A stretch of DNA of 64,000 bases from an uncultured Methanosarcinaceae archaeon (lineage in GTDB: Archaea > Halobacteriota > Methanosarcinia > Methanosarcinales > Methanosarcinaceae). A program made the translations under genes and the position numbers. Positions 55,682-64,000 of the stretch are shown here, piece by piece. The notes under the pieces were generated by a model. The model was given only the letters and a program-made list of their open reading frames with translations, did no database searches and had not been told where the DNA came from. Each line of letters opens with the position of its first letter. The first letter of the stretch is position 1. Location of the stretch: contig CAVSHT010000012.1 in NCBI GenBank assembly GCA_963727895.1, positions 192,001 through 256,000 of the forward strand, written 5' to 3'.

Positions 55682-55889
55682 AAAATAAATAACTCCTCCA
55701 CTTAAAAGAGTTTTGAATAACTATTTTAGGTCTGGAGTTTTCTTTAAATTTCACTTGTTTTCATTCCGGCTATGCCTGTTTATTTTCTTTTTTCTAATTT
55801 TTGTTAATGTAACCCACCATCTTATCTTTATTTTATACTGTTGCTTTTGTGTATATTCACTCAAAACTTATAAATATATGTAAATAGGA

Positions 55890-56004
55890 AATAGGATACT
55901 GCTTGCTTGCAAGTATATAATAGCCCTGAAATCTCAAAATATCATCCCACAACAATAGGGATACTTGCTTGCAAGCAATATTTTGTAAAATAGCGCCCTA
56001 AAAA
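55890..56004. repeat. Two imperfect direct repeats centred on a TGCTTGCAAG(C/T)A palindrome
   Basis: AATAGG(G)ATAC...TTGCTTGCAAG...AATAGC(G)CCCT units at ~55890 and ~55954; perfect 14-bp palindrome TTGCTTGCAAGCAA at 55965-55978. Confidence 0.6.
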
Positions 56005-56060
56005 AACTACTGCAAGCGTGGACAAAAAAGATCGAGATCAAAACAAAATCTGTAAACTAT

Positions 56061-56255
56061 CCTTAATTTGACAGAAGTTATTAATTTGTGAAGTAAGCTC
56101 TTACAAAAGACACTTTGCATCGGCGTAGAATTTTTTGGAAAAATGAAAATATCAAAAATCAAAGAATATAAAATATAAATTACAGTTGTAGGTAAAAAAC
56201 ACAAGCATATAGCGGATTTATTCATCATAATATTCATACTTCTGTCAAATTCGGG
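56061..56255. mobile_element. 195-bp MITE
   Basis: 18-bp TIRs CCTTAATTTGACAGAAGT / ACTTCTGTCAAATTCGGG (16/18 match), 6-bp TSD AACTAT (56055-56060, 56256-56261), no transposase. Confidence 0.85.
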
Positions 56256-56459
56256 AACTATAATAGGCTTGGGTTTAGATAGAATATTTTTCAGTCTAGT
56301 TACTCATGACTGAAGATAAGCCCTGAACTCAAGTCTTCAATTCTGTCTGCAGCAACAAGATTTCCTTGTATACCCAGCTTTTTTCCTTTCTCCCATTTCC
56401 CATGAATAAGAAGCTTATCCGCTGCAGGATACATTATTAAAAAATCACAAACAAACTCA

Positions 56460-56933
56460 TTACTTTAAACTTTTAATAAGATTCTGAAAGCGCTTTTCGT
56501 CCGCTATCTTCTGGGTATTGAGCATCCTTTTAAATTCGTCTGCACCTTTTTCCTTACCTTTACCTTCAACCTTGTCCTTTAATTCCATTGAAGCCCGAAG
56601 AATTCCAGTTGCCTCTTCATAGAGAGCTTCAGCCTCTGCTCTTGTAAGGTTCTCGGTCTCTAGCAGTTCTTCGTCTACTTTTGCCTTTTCCTTCAGTTTT
56701 GGGATCAGATCCTTGATTTCAGAAGTTTTATCTGTATCAAGTGATTCTTTTTCTTTCAGCTCTTGAACCAGATCCCTAAGCCTATACTCTTTTCCGTCAA
56801 TTTCCACGCTTTCAGGGATTTTCTTTCCTGCCCAGGCAAAATCACTCTTGAGGCTCCAGAGAAATTTATTGCGCTCTTCATAATCAAGATATTTTTCGTT
56901 TTCTTCTTTCTTGTCATTATCTTTTATTATCAT
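56460..56933 (-). CDS. DUF5788-family protein, paralog A
   Basis: WAGKKIPE.VEIDG, LT.AEAE.LYEEATGILRA; similar to 58586..59062. Confidence 0.7.
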   Translation of the reverse strand: MIIKDNDKKEENEKYLDYEERNKFLWSLKSDFAWAGKKIPESVEIDGKEYRLRDLVQELKEKESLDTDKTSEIKDLIPKLKEKAKVDEELLETENLTRAEAEALYEEATGILRASMELKDKVEGKGKEKGADEFKRMLNTQKIADEKRFQNLIKSLK

Positions 56934-57092
56934 GAGCAAATCTCCCTATAAATTAATAGTAATTGTAAAGGAATAAGCAACTGTACTACAGGATTATATC
57001 CAGCTCATACTGACTTAATACGATCTACTTCAATTGTATGAGAAATCCCAAAATAAAAATAATAATTGGTTTTTAGCTTATAATAAGCATAT

Positions 57093-57560
57093 TTAAAGCA
57101 AATTTTCAGCTATATTTTCCGAAATTACGTGCTCACAGTAAAGACAGCGGAGAATCACTCCTTCTTCTGACTGAAGCACTGAAAATTTGGATTTTAGAGG
57201 TTCTTTGCTATTAGAAATACAGTTTGCATTAATACAGCGGACAACACCTTCAACATAAGAAGGAGGCACAACATTATTTTTTTGGACTACTTCAAAATCC
57301 CTGATGATATTGATAGTAGCATTCGGAGAAATAAGTGCAATCCTGTTAAGCTCTTCTACACTCAGTTCTTTACCCTCGATTTTCACAACGTCTTTTTTGC
57401 CTCTGGAACCAAGTGCATTCATAACAAAACTTATAGTTGCCCGAAAATAACTGGAAATTCCAAGTATGCGTAGAACGTTTAAAGCCTGCCCTGCTTTTAT
57501 ATGGTCAATAACTGTTCCGTTTTCAATTGCCTGAATTTTCAGGTCTCGTTTTTCCTTCAT
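57093..57560 (-). CDS. pyrI: Aspartate carbamoyltransferase regulatory subunit
   Basis: IENGTVIDHI, KKDVVKIE, C..ANCISN and C.YCE Zn ligands. Confidence 0.96.
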   Translation of the reverse strand: MKEKRDLKIQAIENGTVIDHIKAGQALNVLRILGISSYFRATISFVMNALGSRGKKDVVKIEGKELSVEELNRIALISPNATINIIRDFEVVQKNNVVPPSYVEGVVRCINANCISNSKEPLKSKFSVLQSEEGVILRCLYCEHVISENIAENLL

Positions 57561-58483
57561 TCAATCACTCCCATTGCAAGAGCAAGAAGTGCCATTCGAG
57601 TAGGAACCCCATAGAAAGCCTGCTTGAAATAACATGCATAAGGCGTTGAATCAACTTCAGGGGAAATTTCGTTGACCCTTGGGAGAGGATGCAGAATTTT
57701 GAGTCTTGGATCTACATTTTTCAGAAGGTCGCCTGTAACCTTCAATCTATTTTTCACCTTTTCATACTCTTCAGGATCCGGAAAACGTTCTCTTTGCACC
57801 CTTGTCATATACAGAACCTCAACGTCTTCAATTATTTCCTCAAGGGAATCGGTTTCTCTTATCCTGATATTATTCTTTTGAAGATCTCTGATAATCTCTG
57901 GAGGCATTTTGAGTTCAGGAGGTGAAACAAAAGTCATTTCAGCTCCATACAGAGATAAGGCATGACATAAGGAGTGAACTGTTCTTCCGTACTTCAGGTC
58001 TCCTGCCATAGCGATCTTCAGGCCTTCAAGATGACTTTCCCTGCGAATAGTATAAAGGTCAAGGAAAGTTTGTGTAGGATGATGCAAAGATCCATCCCCA
58101 CCGTTTATTACAGGGACACTTGCAAATTCTGTTGCCATCCTTGCTGATCCATCAAGAGGATGACGCATTACTATAAGATCTGCATAGTTGCTAATTATAC
58201 GGATAGTATCAGCAAGATTTTCTCCTTTCATTACTGAACTTGCCTCTACAGAACCCATACTAAGAATTTGTCCTCCAAGTCTCTGCGTAGCAACTTCAAA
58301 AGATAATCTTGTCCTTGTGCTTGGTTCAAAAAAAAGAAGAGCTATAATTTTTCCATCCAGTAGCCTGGATCTTTCATCACCTCTGGCTACAGGTTCAAGC
58401 TTTTCTGCAGTATCAAGAATATAGTCAATTTCCTGCCGCGAAAAGTCTTTCATCGAGATGACGTTTCTGTTCTTAAATAACAT
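57557..58483 (-). CDS. pyrB: Aspartate carbamoyltransferase catalytic subunit
   Basis: FFEPSTRT, HPTQ, GDLKYGRTVHS, RVQRER, HPLPR. Confidence 0.98.
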   Translation of the reverse strand: MLFKNRNVISMKDFSRQEIDYILDTAEKLEPVARGDERSRLLDGKIIALLFFEPSTRTRLSFEVATQRLGGQILSMGSVEASSVMKGENLADTIRIISNYADLIVMRHPLDGSARMATEFASVPVINGGDGSLHHPTQTFLDLYTIRRESHLEGLKIAMAGDLKYGRTVHSLCHALSLYGAEMTFVSPPELKMPPEIIRDLQKNNIRIRETDSLEEIIEDVEVLYMTRVQRERFPDPEEYEKVKNRLKVTGDLLKNVDPRLKILHPLPRVNEISPEVDSTPYACYFKQAFYGVPTRMALLALAMGVIE

Positions 58484-58585
58484 CCTATTTTCATAAAATG
58501 ATTCCCAGAGATATAACCTTTGCTCCAGAAATTTCTAAGAGTTATGGAAAATTACTTTTTTCCTTGAATTTTCTGATTTGGCACT

Positions 58586-59062
58586 TCACTTTGAGACTTT
58601 ATTAAGAAATTCAAGCCAGAGTTTTGCATCTTTAGTCCTCTGATTGGCAAACTGTTCTTGAAAACGTTTTGTATTCTGCTGATAGTCCCCGCTTTCTATT
58701 TCCTTCATCTCAGTTATTGCACGCAATAAACCTGCAGTCTCATGATAGAGATTTCTTGCTTCTTCAGAAGTTAGGGAACTTTCTTCCAATTCTTTTTCAT
58801 CTTTTTTTTCCTTTGATGAAATTATTCTAATACATTGATCAATTCTTGATTTCTCATCTGTACTAAGTTTGTCTTTTTGAACTAATTCCCAAATGTAGTT
58901 ATGTAAAGGATAAGATTCTCCCTCAACTTCCACGTGATCAGGGATATACTGACCAACCCAGAAAAGGCGAGAATGCAGAGCCGAAAGCAACTGCTTGCGT
59001 TTTTCATCAGTTATATAAGTTTCTGATGGTTTATTTTCTTTAGTTTCATTGTTTTTTCCCAC
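58586..59062 (-). CDS. DUF5788-family protein, paralog B
   Basis: LHSRLFWVGQYIP, LT.EEA..LYHETAGLLRA, DAKLWLEF; GTG start after GGAGGGAG. Confidence 0.7.
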   Translation of the reverse strand: MGKNNETKENKPSETYITDEKRKQLLSALHSRLFWVGQYIPDHVEVEGESYPLHNYIWELVQKDKLSTDEKSRIDQCIRIISSKEKKDEKELEESSLTSEEARNLYHETAGLLRAITEMKEIESGDYQQNTKRFQEQFANQRTKDAKLWLEFLNKVSK

Positions 59063-59464
59063 TGTCTCCCTCCTGAGAGATTATGTACTCATCAAATTAA
59101 TATGACAACTTGTTAATATTCGCTTTATCTCTAGAACTTCAGATATAAAAAAATACCATTAACAAAAAAACAATTGCAAATAAAAAGAAATATAGGTAAT
59201 GAAAAACTCACATACAAAAATGAGGCAATATAACTCAAATTAAAAGAATAAAATAAAAAGAATTAATTAAAAAATTATTTAAATACTATTTATATAATAT
59301 TTATAGATTCTTTAATGACTATTTAAAGACTATCGATATATACAAAATCCAGAAATTCTGAGAGTATATCTGGAGCAAAAAGATGGAATGAAGCCATATA
59401 GGATAGCTGATATAAAAATGCTTGAAAATCTTAGCTTTTTCGATTTCACGTTTGAGGTGATAAC

Positions 59465-60745
59465 ATAATCCCTATAATTCAGGTTGCACTTGATCTTCTA
59501 GAATTAGACCGTGCAGTAGAAATTGCAAAAGAGGCAATAGCAGGGGGTGCGGACTGGATCGAAATTGGAACTCCTCTGATCAAAAGTGAGGGAATGGACG
59601 CAATCCGCACTATGAGAAGAGCCTTTCCAGACCGTACGATTCTAGCAGATATGAAAACCGTGGATACAGGAGCTATAGAAGTCGAAATGGCAGCAAAAGC
59701 TGGGGCTGATGTTGTTATTGTATTAGGAAGCGCAGATGACTCTACATTACTTGATGCGCTCCGTTCAGCTCATAAATATGGGGTCAGGTTGATGGCAGAC
59801 CTTATTTCGGCTCCTGATCCTGTAAAAAGAGTTGTTGAACTCGAGTCTCTGGGTGTGGACTATGTTAATGTACATATAGGCATAGACCAACAGATGATGG
59901 GAAAAGATCCCATATCTCTTCTTAAAGAAATTTCGCAGAGAGCCAATGTACAGCTTGCAGTTGCTGGAGGGCTTGATGCAAATAGTGCAGTCCAGGCTGT
60001 CAAAGCTGGAGCCAGAGTCATAATTGTCGGAGGCAATATCACTCATTCTGACAATGTGAATGAAGCTGCCAGAAAAATCCGGCATAGTGTAGACTCGCCG
60101 GATGCTGTTGAAGTTCGCAGTGTCGGTACTATAGACAAGGAAATAAGGGAAATTCTAAAGGAAGTTTCTACTTCAAATATTTCCGATGCCATGCACAGAA
60201 AAGGAGCAATGAAAGGCATTCATCCTCTGGTAAGAGGGAAAATGGTCGGAACTGCAGTTACAGTGCAGACTTTTCCAGGAGACTGGGCAAAGCCCGTGGA
60301 AGCAATTGATGTTGCAAAAGAAGGAGATGTCATCGTAATTTACAACGAGAACAAGGATATTGCTTGCTGGGGAGGACTTGCAACCTGGAGTTCCTTGAAT
60401 AAGGGGATTGCAGGCGTGGTAATAGAAGGTGCTGTAAGGGATATTGATGAGGTCGAAAACCTAGGACTTCCGATTTATACAAGCAATACAGTACCTAATG
60501 CAGGAGATCCTAAAGGGTTTGGAGAAATCAATGCTGAAATTACCTGTGGTGGACAGGCCGTAAAGCCAGGAGATTACATAGTGGGCGATGAGAGTGGTGT
60601 TGTAGTAATTCCAGCAGAAAGGGCATATGAATTGGCAAGAAGAGCAAAAGAAGTTTATAAAACCGAAAAAAGACTCTTTGATGAGATCAAAAGAGGAGGA
60701 ACTCTGTCTGAGATTATGAACCTTAAGAAATGGGAAAAACATTGA
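59465..60745 (+). CDS. 3-hexulose-6-phosphate synthase / RraA-family fusion, probable AUA start
   Basis: IQVALD and [13 protein letters not shown] lie upstream of the first ATG (59594); [20 protein letters not shown]-domain [25 protein letters not shown]. Confidence 0.9.
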   Translation: MIPIIQVALDLLELDRAVEIAKEAIAGGADWIEIGTPLIKSEGMDAIRTMRRAFPDRTILADMKTVDTGAIEVEMAAKAGADVVIVLGSADDSTLLDALRSAHKYGVRLMADLISAPDPVKRVVELESLGVDYVNVHIGIDQQMMGKDPISLLKEISQRANVQLAVAGGLDANSAVQAVKAGARVIIVGGNITHSDNVNEAARKIRHSVDSPDAVEVRSVGTIDKEIREILKEVSTSNISDAMHRKGAMKGIHPLVRGKMVGTAVTVQTFPGDWAKPVEAIDVAKEGDVIVIYNENKDIACWGGLATWSSLNKGIAGVVIEGAVRDIDEVENLGLPIYTSNTVPNAGDPKGFGEINAEITCGGQAVKPGDYIVGDESGVVVIPAERAYELARRAKEVYKTEKRLFDEIKRGGTLSEIMNLKKWEKH

Positions 60746-60859
60746 GTAATCCCATTTTTGGATACTCAGACTAAATAACAAAACAAAAATATTAAGTGAG
60801 AATACAAAGACCAGAAAACCGTAAAAATTGAAAAAGACCGCGAGATTTGCAAAAAAATT

Positions 60860-63532
60860 TTACTCATCGTCTTCAGACTGAGAAAAGCAAACTCTGGACA
60901 GAAGAAGAGCTTTTACAAATTTAACTTCTTCTTTCTGGCAATTCTCACCTAATCTTGCTCTAAGTAAAGAATCCAATTCTGTTTCTAAAGTCTCCAGTGA
61001 AGCTTTTACTGACGGTTGTTTTCTTGGAGGGAAAAGTCCTCCAATACTCTTGATTTTTCCAGAAAGAGCAAACTGTTCAAGTTGTTTGAAAACAGTCTTA
61101 ATACTTATGTCCTGGATGTCAGCAATCTCATCGATTCCAAGCCCTTTATTTAAAAGAGAATAAGTTCTTTGCAGAGAATCCATTTCATAATAACCGGACT
61201 CAAAAGGATCTATTCTTGTGATATCCCACGCTCTTGATTCAGAAGAGATCTTTTTCAAGTCTATTTCACTTGAAAAGCTTGTCGAAGAGTTTTCTTCTGA
61301 CCAGTCCTGAATGTTCGTGTCCAGATACCTTGCTGTCTTTGTCGGTAAGTTACAAACTTCTGAATTATTTGTGCTGTCAGATTCAAAATCGGGAATTTTA
61401 GCCTCAGAGAGTTTGATTTCAATTTTAGGGTTTTCTTCATTTTGATTAGGTTCTGAGGGTATTTTCTCTTTTTCAGGGTCTTTAAAGACAACCTCTGATT
61501 TTTCAGGTATTTTGGCAGGTAGCAAACTGTAGTCTCTGCAATAGTTTTCGATTTCCTTGAGGAAAACATTACCGTATTTTTTTAGTTTGTATTCTCCTAC
61601 TCCTGTAATGGAATGAAATTCTTCAGAGCTGTGTGGAAATCTTGAAGTCATCTCTTTAAGGGACGTATCAGAAAAAATAATGTACGGAGGAAGATTTTTC
61701 TTTATAGCAATTTCCTTCCTCAGAGTTTTTAGCCGCTCAAAAAGTATAAGATCAGGCTCTTTTCCATATTTTATTGTTTTTCTCGTTTCTGATGAGTTTA
61801 TTATATCAGCATCAATTGAAAATTTTTCTGAAAAAGTTTCTTCCGCAGAAAAGCAAGGATCATCGGCTTTTTTGCTTTTTATACTGGCATTTGGAAGTGC
61901 CAAACTTTCTGCAGCCTCAGGTGAAAATCCTTCAGGGCAGACAAGCTCTATTTGTCCCGAGCCTTTCAGTATTTTTCTGCTCATGGAGTTTAGCTTCAAT
62001 ACAGGATATTGTGCTCCGCTTACATTAAGAATTCCAGTATTTATCATTTCAGAGGCTAATGACCGCCATTGTTCTTTTGTAAACTCACGACCAATACCAT
62101 GGCTTTTCAATTTTTCGTGGTGGTTTTGGCGAATTTTTTTATTATTTGAGCCTAGGAGCACATCAATAACATAGTTCGTGCCAAAGCGCTGGTTAAGTTC
62201 CTGGACACAGGTTATCAATTTCTTTGCAGCTTCAGTTCCATCAAAAGTACCTTTTGGATTCAGGCAACAGTCACAGTTCCCACAGGGTTCTGAGAGTTCC
62301 TCGCCAAAGTATTCCATCAGGGTTTGTCGTCTACATTTATTTCCCTCACAATAAGCTACCATCTGCCTTAATTGCACCAGAGAAATATCCTTTTCCTTCT
62401 CATTTGTCTTCTGTGAAATAAAATACTCTATCTTGAAGCGATCTCCTCTACTGAAAAAGAGAATACATTCACATGGACTTCCGTCTCTTCCCCCTCTACC
62501 AGTTTCCTGATAGTAACTTTCAAGATTTCTGGGAAGATCATAGTGTATTACAAAACGAACATTAGACTTATCAATTCCCATCCCAAAAGCAATTGTAGCG
62601 ACTATAATGTCTATGTCGTCTTTTATGAACATCTCCTGGTTTCGGGATCTTTCAGAATCTGAAAGACCTGCATGGTAGGGAAGAGCCCTGAAACCTGCGA
62701 CGGTCAACTTTTTTGTGAGGGTTTCAACACTATTTCTACTTTGGCAGTAGATAATTCCTGCTTCTCCTCTATGCCTGCGTAGATAGTCAGTAATTTCGGA
62801 AAAAGTCTCTTTCTTTGGTCTTATCTCGTAGTAGAGATTTTTCCGGTTAAAACTGGCTACATAAGGGCCTTTTTCTGGAGAGAGGTGAAGATTGAGTTGC
62901 GATATTATATCTTCTCGAACTCTTTCGGTGGCTGTTGCCGTAAGTGCAATAATTGGAATCTCAGGAAAGCCTGTTTTGGAATCCCTTAATAATTTTAGTT
63001 TTCGGTATTCAGGTCTGAAATCGTGACCCCATTCGGAAATACAGTGAGCTTCGTCAATTGCAAGGAGACTGACTTTTCCTTTCTTTAATAATGCAAGGGT
63101 TCCTGGCATCATGAGTCTTTCTGGGGCAACATAAAGAATTTTTAATCGGTTTTCAAGAAAAGCAGTCTTTACGTCTCTGTTTTCTCTGGCGCTCTGAGTG
63201 CTGTTCATACAGGCTGCAGCAATCCCATTTGCTTCAAGCCCGTCAACCTGGTCTTTCATAAGGGAAATCAGAGGAGAAACAACAATTGTAACCCCCTCCA
63301 TAAGAAGGGCAGGCAGCTGGTAGCAGATTGATTTTCCTCCACCTGTAGGCATGAGAACAAAAACATCTTTTCTTTCCAGAACATCCCTGATGATTGCTTC
63401 CTGCAAAGGGCGAAAAGAAGTATATCCAAAATATTGGTGCAGAGCTGAATATATGCTGGTAGATAGGGAATATCTGGAATCAAGCTCTTGTTTACTTGCC
63501 CTCAATAAATTATACTCAGTGCTCGTTTTCAA
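60860..63532 (-). CDS. recQ: ATP-dependent DNA helicase RecQ
   Basis: MPTGGGKS, DEAHCISEWGHDFR, AFGMGIDK, QETGRGGRDG, Zn CRR..CGNCD, RQC and HRDC domains; exact start uncertain. Confidence 0.96.
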   Translation of the reverse strand: MKTSTEYNLLRASKQELDSRYSLSTSIYSALHQYFGYTSFRPLQEAIIRDVLERKDVFVLMPTGGGKSICYQLPALLMEGVTIVVSPLISLMKDQVDGLEANGIAAACMNSTQSARENRDVKTAFLENRLKILYVAPERLMMPGTLALLKKGKVSLLAIDEAHCISEWGHDFRPEYRKLKLLRDSKTGFPEIPIIALTATATERVREDIISQLNLHLSPEKGPYVASFNRKNLYYEIRPKKETFSEITDYLRRHRGEAGIIYCQSRNSVETLTKKLTVAGFRALPYHAGLSDSERSRNQEMFIKDDIDIIVATIAFGMGIDKSNVRFVIHYDLPRNLESYYQETGRGGRDGSPCECILFFSRGDRFKIEYFISQKTNEKEKDISLVQLRQMVAYCEGNKCRRQTLMEYFGEELSEPCGNCDCCLNPKGTFDGTEAAKKLITCVQELNQRFGTNYVIDVLLGSNNKKIRQNHHEKLKSHGIGREFTKEQWRSLASEMINTGILNVSGAQYPVLKLNSMSRKILKGSGQIELVCPEGFSPEAAESLALPNASIKSKKADDPCFSAEETFSEKFSIDADIINSSETRKTIKYGKEPDLILFERLKTLRKEIAIKKNLPPYIIFSDTSLKEMTSRFPHSSEEFHSITGVGEYKLKKYGNVFLKEIENYCRDYSLLPAKIPEKSEVVFKDPEKEKIPSEPNQNEENPKIEIKLSEAKIPDFESDSTNNSEVCNLPTKTARYLDTNIQDWSEENSSTSFSSEIDLKKISSESRAWDITRIDPFESGYYEMDSLQRTYSLLNKGLGIDEIADIQDISIKTVFKQLEQFALSGKIKSIGGLFPPRKQPSVKASLETLETELDSLLRARLGENCQKEEVKFVKALLLSRVCFSQSEDDE

Positions 63533-64000
63533 ATCCTCCTGACCTTTAAATTAAGGTCATGCCAGAATTAAACCCCGGAAGATCCGGGAAAATTAAAACA
63601 TAGATATGTTTTTATGTACAGACATATCCTCAATACTTTGATTTTTACAATAAAAAGTTTTATGAGAACTGTTTTTGATATATTATCACATTGATAAATT
63701 ATCAAATGTTATGGGGTCAGATATAATATAAAATATGTCAGGTCTAAAATCTTAACGCTTTGATGTTTCAAATTCATAATATTTAAGTTACAGGTGTGCA
63801 GAGTGAAAGTATTTGGTTATATACACAATTGGGGATCTTGACATGTAATATACTATATATAGTATCTTTTAAAAATATTTGAAAAATGTATTAAGATATC
63901 AACGAGTATAACAGAAAGTTGGAATAAGATCGAAAATTAGAAAGACAATAGACGGTTTACTGGTTTATGGTGTTAACATTATTAATGTTTGATTTGGAGA

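Overview
AT-rich archaeal chromosome segment, almost certainly Methanosarcina (McrBDCGA, MC1, Mmp10 and the mcrB promoter are all Methanosarcina-type). It is mostly core genome: form III RuBisCO, Sua5, PolD large subunit, mmp10 divergent from mcrBDCGA, aroA, thyA, htpX, gatCAB, marker 14, mptA, MC1, argB, RaSEA, GMP synthase B, rps17e, dapAB, pyrBI, an HPS-RraA fusion and recQ. Between these lie mobile DNA and decay: three IS1-family copies, a 215-bp fold-back made of two fused IS1 left ends, an IS630 element, a 195-bp MITE, a twin-hairpin IS200/IS605-like mini-element, and pseudogenes (methyltransferase, Mrr, GNAT, YHS fragment). The best candidate for an uncharacterised system is the ~38.9-50.6 kb cell-surface locus. 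It has two DUF1616 + CPBP-protease pairs around two C-terminally anchored surface proteins (one with an array of 12 N-G-S sequons), a DxD-less GT2, a sugar epimerase and a small membrane protein. Two genes appear to start at AUA. Several single-base homopolymer indels, including one in the essential DP2 gene, may be sequencing errors. No rRNA, tRNA or CRISPR array was recognised. Family assignments come from motif recognition by eye, not database searches.
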